DNA of 5,776 nt from an archaeon (GCA_041677685.1 JBAYPN010000036.1:1-5776), one strand, 5' to 3'; counted from the stretch's first letter, positions 1 through 5,029 are shown. A program made the numbers and translations. Notes: a model not told the origin generated them from the sequence alone.

Positions 1-200
1 AAAAGTCTGATGAGAAAAAGACAGATGACAAGAAAGTTATAAAAGAAAAGTCTGATGAGAAAAAGACAGATGACAAGAAAGTTATAAAAGAAAAGTCTGA
101 TGAGAAAAAGACAGATGACAAGAAAGTTATAAAAGAAAAGCTAGAAAAGAAGATAATAAAAGAAAAAACTTCTTCAGAAACAGAAGAAGCTACAAAGTGA
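1..200 (+). CDS. 3' end of upstream CDS (partial, open at window start); probably 30S ribosomal protein uS3 with a repetitive K/D/E-rich C-terminal tail
   Basis: The reading phase has codons at 3, 6, 9... and no stop until TGA 198-200. It translates as K-(SDEKKTDDKKVIKEK)x3-LEKKIIKEKTSSETEEATK*. No conserved domain is visible in this fragment. The uS3 assignment rests only on the conserved uS3->uL29 gene order of S10-type clusters. Confidence 0.55.
   Translation, partial: KSDEKKTDDKKVIKEKSDEKKTDDKKVIKEKSDEKKTDDKKVIKEKLEKKIIKEKTSSETEEATK
6..140 (+). repeat. Perfect 45-bp direct tandem repeat, 3 full copies (6-50, 51-95, 96-140) plus the tail of a further copy at 1-5
   Basis: The unit tctgatgagaaaaagacagatgacaagaaagttataaaagaaaag is identical in all three copies. 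It is in frame (15 codons per unit), and a degenerate related stretch follows at 141-170. Confidence 0.97.
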
Positions 201-201
201 T
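197..201 (+). promoter_or_regulatory. Shine-Dalgarno-like GTGAT for uL29; contains the upstream TGA stop (198-200)
   Basis: GTGAT lies 10 nt (first base to A of ATG) upstream of ATG 207. It is complementary to the AUCAC part of the archaeal 16S 3' end (..AUCACCUCC-3'). Confidence 0.55.
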
Positions 202-206
202 TGTAA

Positions 207-434
207 ATGGTTAAAAAGAAAGAAGTTACTTTAAATTCAATAGAAACAATTGATCAAAGAATACAAGAATTAAAATTAGAACTTGCAAAGTACAAAGGTA
301 TGCTTGTATCTAAAACAAAAGTAAATAATACTTCTAAAAAAGGTGTTATGAAAAAAGAAATTGCTAGACTTTTAACTAAAAAAAATCAATTAAGAGAAAA
401 AGAAATAATTAAAACCTTGGAGGGTAGAAAATAA
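207..434 (+). CDS. rpl29: 50S ribosomal protein uL29 (L29P)
   Basis: The 75-aa product is a helical K/E-rich protein with a uL29-like pattern (IQELKLELAKYKG...KKEIARLLTKKNQL). It sits directly after the presumed uS3 and before aIF1/Rpp29/uS17. ATG start, TAA stop. Confidence 0.9.
   Translation: MVKKKEVTLNSIETIDQRIQELKLELAKYKGMLVSKTKVNNTSKKGVMKKEIARLLTKKNQLREKEIIKTLEGRK
419..425 (+). promoter_or_regulatory. Shine-Dalgarno-like GGAGGGT upstream of aIF1
   Basis: The GGAGG core lies inside the end of the uL29 CDS. Its spacer to ATG 437 is rather long (13 nt from the end of GGAGG), hence the moderate confidence. Confidence 0.4.
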
Positions 435-436
435 TT

Positions 437-739
437 ATGAAAGACATAAGTGCTGTTAGTCATCTTTCAAAAGACATTTTTGATCTAAACACAATTTCAA
501 AAGAATCTCAACAAATAAAAGTTCGTGTTGAAAGAAAAAAGTTCAAAAAATTTGCAATAATAATTTCAGGATTTAATTCCGAAAGTGATGCAAAAGATGT
601 TGAAAAATATTTAAAAAAGAAATTAGCTTGTGGCGGAACTACAAAAAACAAGACTGTAGAAATTCAAAGCAACAATAAAGACAAGGTAAAAGAATTGCTT
701 ATACTCAAAGGATATCAAAAGGAGTTAATTGATGCTTAA
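437..739 (+). CDS. sui1: Translation initiation factor aIF1 (SUI1 family)
   Basis: The 100-aa product carries the SUI1-domain signature KKKLACGGTTKNKTVEIQ..., followed by ...KVKELLILKGY, and has the typical length. A gene between uL29 and Rpp29 is the arrangement I recall from Methanococcales/Thermococcales-type clusters. Confidence 0.88.
   Translation: MKDISAVSHLSKDIFDLNTISKESQQIKVRVERKKFKKFAIIISGFNSESDAKDVEKYLKKKLACGGTTKNKTVEIQSNNKDKVKELLILKGYQKELIDA
721..724 (+). promoter_or_regulatory. Shine-Dalgarno-like GGAG upstream of Rpp29
   Basis: GGAG ends 7 nt before ATG 732 and lies inside the 3' end of the aIF1 CDS. Confidence 0.5.
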
Positions 740-923
740 AGTTAGTAATATTAATTTGATTGGGAAAAAAATAAAAATAATAAATTCAAGTGACCCAACA
801 AAAAATGACTTAAAAGGGATTGTGATTTTTGAAACAAAGAATAATTTGGTTTTAAGAAAAAAAGATTTAAAAATAATTAAGATTAGAAAATCAGAAATTA
901 TTAAAAATAAAATTTATATGTGA
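732..923 (+). CDS. rnp1: RNase P protein component 1 (Rpp29/Pop4 family), unusually short (63 aa from ATG 732)
   Basis: NLIGKKIKIINSSDPTKNDLKGIVIFETKNNLVL matches the Rpp29 core pattern LIG.k..V..S.n....G..G.Vv.ET.Nt..i, and the gene sits in the conserved position just upstream of uS17. The ORF-track start at 729 is TTG; ATG 732 with GGAG upstream is more likely. The CDS overlaps the aIF1 stop by 8 nt. TGA stop at 921-923. Confidence 0.8.
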   Translation: MLKVSNINLIGKKIKIINSSDPTKNDLKGIVIFETKNNLVLRKKDLKIIKIRKSEIIKNKIYM

Positions 924-924
924 T
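920..924 (+). promoter_or_regulatory. Shine-Dalgarno-like GTGAT for uS17; contains the Rpp29 TGA stop (921-923)
   Basis: The 12-mer gtgatttttatg places ATG 929 exactly 9 nt after the G of GTGAT. The same 12-mer architecture recurs at 2887, 4069, 4653, 5025 and 1308. Confidence 0.65.
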
Positions 925-928
925 TTTT

Positions 929-1330
929 ATGACAAAAAATGATTTTAAAGATATTTCAACAAAACATAGTGTTAGAGGAAAATTAATAGAAGGCAAGATT
1001 ATTAAAATGAAATCTAAAAAGACTGCCCATATTGAAATTACTAGAACTAAATTTATTCCAAAATATGAAAGATATTTAGTTAAGAAAAGTAAGTTTGCAG
1101 TTCATGTGCCTGAAGATATTGATGTTTCTGTTAATGATGTAGTTTTGTGTGGAGAAACAAAAAAAATAAGTAAAACAAAATCAATGATTATTATTAAAAA
1201 AATAGACAAAGCTTCAACAAACAAAGCTTCAACAAACAAAGCTTCAACAAACAAAGCTTCAACAAACAAAATTATAAAAGATGAAGAAGTTCTAGTACCA
1301 ACTGATGGTGATTTAAATGAAACAAATTAG
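929..1330 (+). CDS. rps17: 30S ribosomal protein uS17 (S17P) with a repeat-containing C-terminal extension
   Basis: KYERYLVKKSKFAVHVPEDIDVSVNDVVLCGETKKISKTKSMIII matches the uS17 OB-fold signature (KY.RY.kr.sk..aH.p...vGD.V.i.E.r.lSKTK). ATG 929 is preferred over the in-frame GTG 920, which is part of the SD. TAG stop at 1328-1330. Confidence 0.92.
   Translation: MTKNDFKDISTKHSVRGKLIEGKIIKMKSKKTAHIEITRTKFIPKYERYLVKKSKFAVHVPEDIDVSVNDVVLCGETKKISKTKSMIIIKKIDKASTNKASTNKASTNKASTNKIIKDEEVLVPTDGDLNETN
1208..1267 (+). repeat. Perfect 15-bp direct tandem repeat x4 (aaagcttcaacaaac), in frame, encoding (KASTN)x4 in the uS17 tail
   Basis: Units at 1208-1222, 1223-1237, 1238-1252 and 1253-1267 are identical. 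A partial fifth unit (aaa) follows at 1268-1270. Confidence 0.97.
1307..1312 (+). promoter_or_regulatory. Shine-Dalgarno GGTGAT for uL14, embedded in the uS17 tail codons
   Basis: In ggtgatttaaatg, ATG 1317 lies 9 nt after the G of GTGAT. The uL14 start overlaps the uS17 3' end by 14 nt. Confidence 0.7.
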
Positions 1331-1715
1331 TGCAAACCCAACAAAAGGAATAGTAACAAAAACAAGATGCTTTTGCACAGATAATAGCGGTGCAAAAATG
1401 GTGGAGATTATTTCTGTATTAAATATTAAAACTAGAAGAAGACAAATTCCTTCAGCAGGCATCGCTTCATTAGTAAATGTTGTAGTTAAGAAAGGAAGTC
1501 CATCTATGAAAAAGAAAGTAGAAAAAGCAGTAATTGTAAGAGTTAAAAAGGAATACAGACGAAAAAATGGTGTAAGAATTTGTTTTGAAGACAATGCTGT
1601 AGTTTTAACTGATGCAAAGGGATTTCCTAAAGCTTCAGAAGTAAAGGGTTGTGTTGCAAAAGAAGTTGGAGAAAGATTTCCAAAAATTGCTGGTTTAGCT
1701 TCTGCAGTAATTTAA
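1317..1715 (+). CDS. rpl14: 50S ribosomal protein uL14 (L14P)
   Basis: The 132-aa product contains CTDNSGAK, AVIVRVKKEYRRKNGVRICFEDNAVVL and a C-terminal ..KEVGERFPKIAGLASAVI, all typical of archaeal uL14. TAA stop. Confidence 0.95.
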   Translation: MKQISANPTKGIVTKTRCFCTDNSGAKMVEIISVLNIKTRRRQIPSAGIASLVNVVVKKGSPSMKKKVEKAVIVRVKKEYRRKNGVRICFEDNAVVLTDAKGFPKASEVKGCVAKEVGERFPKIAGLASAVI

Positions 1716-1807
1716 AAGTTATAAAGAATAAATTATAGTAAAATAAATTATAAATTAAAAAAATTAAAAAAAAATAAAAAAATTAAAAATTGAAAATTTG
1801 ATTTAAG
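1716..1807 (+). promoter_or_regulatory. Atypically long, C-free A/T spacer between uL14 and uL24; candidate internal promoter / intrinsically bent DNA
   Basis: The 92-nt spacer has no C and only six G. TATA-like TTATAAA occurs at 1719-1725 and 1748-1754, and an 11-bp direct repeat aataaattata at 1727-1737 and 1742-1752. A-tracts start at 1757, 1766, 1776, 1785 and 1793, a period of about 9-10 bp. There is no transcription data; the function is inferred. Confidence 0.3.
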
Positions 1808-2185
1808 ATGGATGCAAAAACAAAAAAACCAAATAAACAAAGAAAAAGAATGTATCAAAGTGCACTTCATAAAAAACGAAAATTATTAGTTGCACCAATA
1901 GATAAGAACATTCAAAAAGAAGTTAATAAAAAAAGTATAGCCATTAGAAAAGGCGATACTGTAAAAGTTATGGTTGGAAATCATAAAGGTAAGTCTGGAA
2001 AAGTAGAGGTTGTTGATTATACAAAAGTAAAAGTATACATCAAAGACATTAAAACAAAAAATACTAGAGGACAAGAGAAGTTAATACCATTTACTGCATC
2101 CAATCTAATGTTAACTAATGTTATTTTAGATGATTCAAAAAGAATAAAAGAAAAAAAAACAAAAACACCAAAAGTTGATAATTAA
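1808..2185 (+). CDS. rpl24: 50S ribosomal protein uL24 (L24P), KOW domain
   Basis: The 125-aa product has N-terminal KQRKRMYQSALHKKRKLLVAP, the KOW motif IRKGDTVKVMVGNHKGKSGKV and then ..IPFTASNLMLT, the typical archaeal uL24 layout. TAA stop. Confidence 0.93.
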   Translation: MDAKTKKPNKQRKRMYQSALHKKRKLLVAPIDKNIQKEVNKKSIAIRKGDTVKVMVGNHKGKSGKVEVVDYTKVKVYIKDIKTKNTRGQEKLIPFTASNLMLTNVILDDSKRIKEKKTKTPKVDN

Positions 2186-2190
2186 GGTGA
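2186..2190 (+). promoter_or_regulatory. Shine-Dalgarno GGTGA for eS4
   Basis: In aaggtgaataagaaatg, the motif directly follows the uL24 TAA (2183-2185) and ends 7 nt before ATG 2198. Confidence 0.65.
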
Positions 2191-2197
2191 ATAAGAA

Positions 2198-2887
2198 ATG
2201 GCTAGTAAAGGCGAAACAAAATGTTTGAAAATTAATAATGCTTCTGCAATAACTGATGTAAAGAAAACAAAAAGATTTGTATATAAACCTAAACCAGGTA
2301 AACATACAGGAGAAACCACAATCTCAATTGGTTTTGTTTTAAAAAATTTACTTAATCTTGCAGACAATACAAGAGAAGTTAAATACATAATCAACAATGG
2401 AGAGGTAATTGTTGATAAAAGAAAAGTAAAAGATCATAGATTACCAGTTGGTATCTTTGACATTATAGAAATTCCAAAATTAGATAAAGCTTACAAAGTA
2501 TATTATGGTTTTAATGGTGCTTACTATCTAAAAGAGATTGACAAAAATGAAGCGAAATTTAAAGTCTGTAAAATAATTTCAAAAAAAATAATTTCAAAAA
2601 ATAATATTCAATTAGTAACAAATGAAGGTAGAGTGTTAATAACAACAAACCTTGCCTACAAGCCAAAAGCTACAATCAAGTTAGATTTAGAGGAAGGTAT
2701 TATAAAAGAATACTTCCCTTTAGAAGTTGGCAGAGATGTCTTTGTAATTGGTGGAAAGCACATTGGTTCTGTTGCAAAGATTGAAGAAATAAAACTAAGC
2801 ACAATGAGAAGACCAATGTTAATTAAATTAAAACAAGATGGCGTAGATTTTGAAACAATCGAAAAAAATATAATTGTAATTAATTAG
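2198..2887 (+). CDS. rps4e: 30S ribosomal protein eS4 (S4e)
   Basis: The 229-aa product shows KPKPGKH, an S4-like segment (LADNTREVKYIINNGEVIVDKRKVKDHRLPVGIFDII), EAKFKVCKI...LVTNEGR, and a KOW-like segment VFVIGGKHIGSVAKIEEI. As far as I recall the human eS4 sequence, the two are colinear. TAG stop. Confidence 0.95.
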   Translation: MASKGETKCLKINNASAITDVKKTKRFVYKPKPGKHTGETTISIGFVLKNLLNLADNTREVKYIINNGEVIVDKRKVKDHRLPVGIFDIIEIPKLDKAYKVYYGFNGAYYLKEIDKNEAKFKVCKIISKKIISKNNIQLVTNEGRVLITTNLAYKPKATIKLDLEEGIIKEYFPLEVGRDVFVIGGKHIGSVAKIEEIKLSTMRRPMLIKLKQDGVDFETIEKNIIVIN

Positions 2888-2891
2888 TGAT
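2887..2891 (+). promoter_or_regulatory. Shine-Dalgarno-like GTGAT for uL5, abutting the eS4 TAG stop
   Basis: In tagtgatttgtatg, ATG 2896 lies 9 nt after the G of GTGAT. The G at 2887 is shared with the TAG stop (2885-2887). Confidence 0.65.
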
Positions 2892-2895
2892 TTGT

Positions 2896-3432
2896 ATGTC
2901 TGATGAAAAAATAATAAATAAAAAAGATAACCCAATGAAAGAAATTTTTGTAGATAAAGTTACTGTAAACATTGGTGTTGGAGAGTCTGGTATAGAGCTA
3001 GAAAAAGCTGTAAAAATCTTAGCATTAGTAACTAAAAAACCAGTTGTAAAAACAGTTTGTAAAGTTAAGCTTCCAACTTGGGGAATTAGACCAGGGCTGC
3101 CTATTGGTTGTAAAGCTATTCTTAGAGATCAAGATGCATTAGACTTTATTACACTTACTTTAAAAGCAAAGAAAAATAAAATTAAAAGAAAATCATTTAG
3201 TGTTGATGGAAATTTCTCCTACGGAATACATGAATACTTAGATGTTCCTGGAATCAAATATGATCCTGATATTGGAATAAGAGGTTTTGATATTACTGTG
3301 AACTTAAAAAGAAGAGGTTATAGAGTAAAATTAAGAAAATATAATAACTCTAAAATAGGTAAGAATCAAAAAATTACAAAAGAAGATGCAATTAAGTTTG
3401 CACAAGAAAAGTTAAAGGTTGTGGTTGAATGA
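2896..3432 (+). CDS. rpl5: 50S ribosomal protein uL5 (L5P)
   Basis: [21 protein letters not shown], ...[16 protein letters not shown]..., [36 protein letters not shown] are typical uL5 blocks. ATG 2896 is preferred over the in-frame GTG 2887 (SD). TGA stop at 3430-3432. Confidence 0.94.
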   Translation: MSDEKIINKKDNPMKEIFVDKVTVNIGVGESGIELEKAVKILALVTKKPVVKTVCKVKLPTWGIRPGLPIGCKAILRDQDALDFITLTLKAKKNKIKRKSFSVDGNFSYGIHEYLDVPGIKYDPDIGIRGFDITVNLKRRGYRVKLRKYNNSKIGKNQKITKEDAIKFAQEKLKVVVE

Positions 3433-3623
3433 CTACAAATGATGTAAAAAAAATAAAGAAACCTAAAGTGGTTTTAAGCAAAACTAGTAAAGAATTAAAA
3501 AGAAGTAGAGTTTGTAAATTCTGCGGAACACAAAGAGGACTTATTAGAAAGTATAATCTATATATTTGTAGAAGATGCTTTAATGATTATGCTGCTGAAT
3601 TAGGTTTTAAAAAATATGATTAA
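3429..3623 (+). CDS. rps14: 30S ribosomal protein uS14 (S14P), zinc-ribbon type
   Basis: The 64-aa product contains CKFCG...(13 aa)...CRRCF, i.e. four Cys, and ends LGFKKYD, as in archaeal/eukaryotic-type uS14. Its start overlaps the uL5 stop as ATGA. Compared with the Pyrococcus uS14 sequence as I remember it, the N-terminus is a few residues longer. Confidence 0.93.
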   Translation: MTTNDVKKIKKPKVVLSKTSKELKRSRVCKFCGTQRGLIRKYNLYICRRCFNDYAAELGFKKYD

Positions 3624-3638
3624 ATTAATATGGACATT

Positions 3639-3644
3639 AGGTGA
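3639..3644 (+). promoter_or_regulatory. Shine-Dalgarno AGGTGA for uS8
   Basis: In aggtgagtagatg, the motif ends 4 nt before ATG 3649. Confidence 0.7.
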
Positions 3645-3648
3645 GTAG

Positions 3649-4038
3649 ATGAGTTTAAATGATCCAATTGCTGATGCTTTAAATAATATAAACAATGCGG
3701 AAAACGTGGCTAAAAGAACATGTTCTTTAAACCATTCAAAGATGCTTGAGAATATTATTAAAGTTCTTGTAGATCAAGGATATATTAACAACTATAAGGT
3801 ACTAGATAGAAAACCACATAAAAAATTAATAGTTTATTTAGGTGGAAAAATAAATAAGTGTAAAGCAATTAAACCAAGGTTTGCTGTAAAACACTTTGAT
3901 TTTGAAAAGTTTGAAAAATCTTATTTGATTTCTAGAGACGTAGGTGTTATTGTGGTGAGTACAACCAGTGGAATAATGGTTCACAAAGATGCTAAGCAAC
4001 AAAAACTAGGTGGAAGATTAATTGCTTATGTTTATTAA
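3649..4038 (+). CDS. rps8: 30S ribosomal protein uS8 (S8P)
   Basis: The 129-aa product has NDPIADALNNINNAE, LVDQGYI, GGKINKCKAIKPRF, VVSTTSGIMVHKDA and the C-terminal GGRLIAYVY, all classic uS8 blocks. TAA stop. Confidence 0.95.
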   Translation: MSLNDPIADALNNINNAENVAKRTCSLNHSKMLENIIKVLVDQGYINNYKVLDRKPHKKLIVYLGGKINKCKAIKPRFAVKHFDFEKFEKSYLISRDVGVIVVSTTSGIMVHKDAKQQKLGGRLIAYVY

Positions 4039-4068
4039 AAATAAGTTTTTAATTTTTAAATTATAAAT

Positions 4069-4073
4069 GTGAT
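4069..4073 (+). promoter_or_regulatory. Shine-Dalgarno-like GTGAT for uL6
   Basis: The 12-mer gtgatgtttgtg has the same layout as the other junctions, placing the initiator at GTG 4078. Confidence 0.55.
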
Positions 4074-4077
4074 GTTT

Positions 4078-4641
4078 GTGAGTGATGGAAAAATAGTTAG
4101 AAAAGAAATTAAAGAAAATATTATAGAAGTTTCTAGTGATATTAAAGTTAATATAGAAAATAGTAAAATAACTTTAGAAAAAGCAGGAGAAACACAAGAA
4201 ATAACATACAATCCTGTGTTTGTAAGTGTTAACTTTAAAGATAACAAGTTAGTGATTAGAGCAAACAGTAAGAAAAAAAACTTCGTGTCTGTAATAAACA
4301 CATTAAGAAAAATAGTACTTAATGCAATTTCAGGATTTGATAAAGAATACACAGCAAAATTATCAATTGTATTTTCTCACTTTCCAATGACTGTAAAAGT
4401 AGAAGGTAATGATATTATAATTTCCAATTTTTTAGGAGAAAAAAAGCCTAGAAGAACAAAAGTTATGCCAGGTTGTAAAGTTGTAGTTAATGGTAAAGAC
4501 ATAGTTGTTACTGGTAAAAATAAATATTTTGTAGGTCAAACAGCAGGAAACTTTGAAACAACTACAAGGGTTAGAGGAAAAGATTATAGAGTTTTTGATG
4601 ATGGAATTTATATTGTTGAAAAATCTAATCAATTAGAGTAA
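4078..4641 (+). CDS. rpl6: 50S ribosomal protein uL6 (L6P); start probably GTG 4078 (alternatives ATG 4072, GTG 4069)
   Basis: SHFPMTVKVEGNDIIISNFLGEKKPRRTKVMPGCKVVVNGKDIVVTGKNKYFVGQTAGNFE..TRVRGKDYRVFDDGIYIVEK is the typical second-domain pattern of archaeal uL6. TAA stop. The start choice is inferred from SD spacing. Confidence 0.93.
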   Translation: MSDGKIVRKEIKENIIEVSSDIKVNIENSKITLEKAGETQEITYNPVFVSVNFKDNKLVIRANSKKKNFVSVINTLRKIVLNAISGFDKEYTAKLSIVFSHFPMTVKVEGNDIIISNFLGEKKPRRTKVMPGCKVVVNGKDIVVTGKNKYFVGQTAGNFETTTRVRGKDYRVFDDGIYIVEKSNQLE

Positions 4642-4652
4642 ATTAAAATAAT

Positions 4653-4657
4653 GTGAT
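4653..4657 (+). promoter_or_regulatory. Shine-Dalgarno-like GTGAT for eL32
   Basis: In gtgatatttatg, ATG 4662 lies 9 nt after the G of GTGAT. Confidence 0.65.
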
Positions 4658-4661
4658 ATTT

Positions 4662-5000
4662 ATGAGTAAAGATACCCCAAACTTTAGAGGTCATTTTGGA
4701 CTAACAACAAGAAGAAGAAAGAAAAGAAGAGATGTTAATAAATGGAGATTTCCAAGAGGAATTGACAGATCTTTATCTGAAAAAAGAGGACCTATGCCAA
4801 GAATTGGGTATGGTCACAAAGTTGAAGATAAGTTTAAACATCCTTCAAACTATAAAGAGATTTTAGTTTCTTCAAAAACAGATCTTTTAAATGTTTTAGA
4901 TGAAAAAATAGCAATTAGATTTTCACAAACATTAGGTCAAAAGAAAAAAGAAGAACTAACAAAAATTGCAACAGAAAAAAATATGAAAATATTAAACTAA
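4662..5000 (+). CDS. rpl32e: 50S ribosomal protein eL32 (L32e)
   Basis: KWRFPRGIDRSLSEKRGPMPRIGYGHK...KHPSNYKEILVSSKTDL...IAIRFSQTLGQKKKEEL...NMKILN matches the eL32 pattern (WR.PrGidsk.R....g.p..GYg.....r..hPsG..e.lV.n..dL.....a.ria..vg.rkr..i...A...gikvlN). ATG 4662 is preferred over the SD-internal GTG 4653. Confidence 0.94.
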   Translation: MSKDTPNFRGHFGLTTRRRKKRRDVNKWRFPRGIDRSLSEKRGPMPRIGYGHKVEDKFKHPSNYKEILVSSKTDLLNVLDEKIAIRFSQTLGQKKKEELTKIATEKNMKILN

Positions 5001-5024
5001 ATATGAGAACATTAAATTAAAATT

Positions 5025-5029
5025 GTGAC
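5025..5029 (+). promoter_or_regulatory. Shine-Dalgarno-like GTGAC for eL19
   Basis: In gtgacatttatg, ATG 5034 lies 9 nt after the G. The motif has one mismatch to GTGAT. Confidence 0.5.

Noticed and set aside
1-140. Possible CRISPR array, suggested by the identical 45-bp repeats
   Set aside because: The units are directly contiguous with no spacers. They are in frame in an open reading phase that runs to a stop at 198-200, and they are purine-rich with no palindromic character. This is a coding minisatellite, not CRISPR.
2151-2159. A9 homopolymer inside uL24 (and similar A7-A8 runs elsewhere) as a possible programmed frameshift or transcriptional slippage site
   Set aside because: The frame is intact and the protein is full length through the run. 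Long A runs encoding Lys are expected at this base composition, and no alternative-frame ORF continues from them.
1313-2397. Minus-strand ORFs 1313-1594 (93 aa), 1886-2074 (62 aa) and 2182-2397 (71 aa)
   Set aside because: They lie entirely antisense to the confidently identified uL14, uL24 and eS4 genes. Their F/I/L-rich 'hydrophobic' translations are the expected shadow of an A-rich sense strand. They show no SD or promoter context and no recognisable family.
2570-2599. Perfect 15-bp tandem duplication aaaataatttcaaaa x2 in eS4, encoding KIISK-KIISK
   Set aside because: It looked like a third r-protein repeat expansion. However, the segment EAKFKVCKIISKKIISKNNIQLVTNEGR is colinear, with no length change, with the corresponding human eS4 segment as I recall it ([28 protein letters not shown]). 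It is therefore low-complexity convergence in an AT-rich gene rather than an insertion.
4055-4066. TATA-like tttaaattataa in the uS8-uL6 spacer as a promoter for uL6
   Set aside because: A TATA box here would place the transcription start about 25 nt downstream, beyond the SD (4069-4073) and the start codon (4078). The geometry does not fit, and AT-rich hexamers are ubiquitous in this sequence.
4056-4632. Minus-strand ORFs 4056-4352 (98 aa) and 4432-4632 (66 aa)
   Set aside because: They are antisense shadows of uL6 with low-complexity F/I/L/S-rich translations and no initiation signals. The plus-strand gene fully explains the region.
920-5027. GTG start codons given by the ORF track at 920, 2887, 4069, 4653 and 5025, plus TTG at 729
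   Set aside because: Each GTG is the first codon of a GTGAT/GTGAC SD-like motif exactly 9 nt upstream of an in-frame ATG (GTG for uL6). The three extra residues (IF, IC, MF, TF plus initiator) have no counterpart in the protein families. The downstream starts are preferred, although this is not proven.
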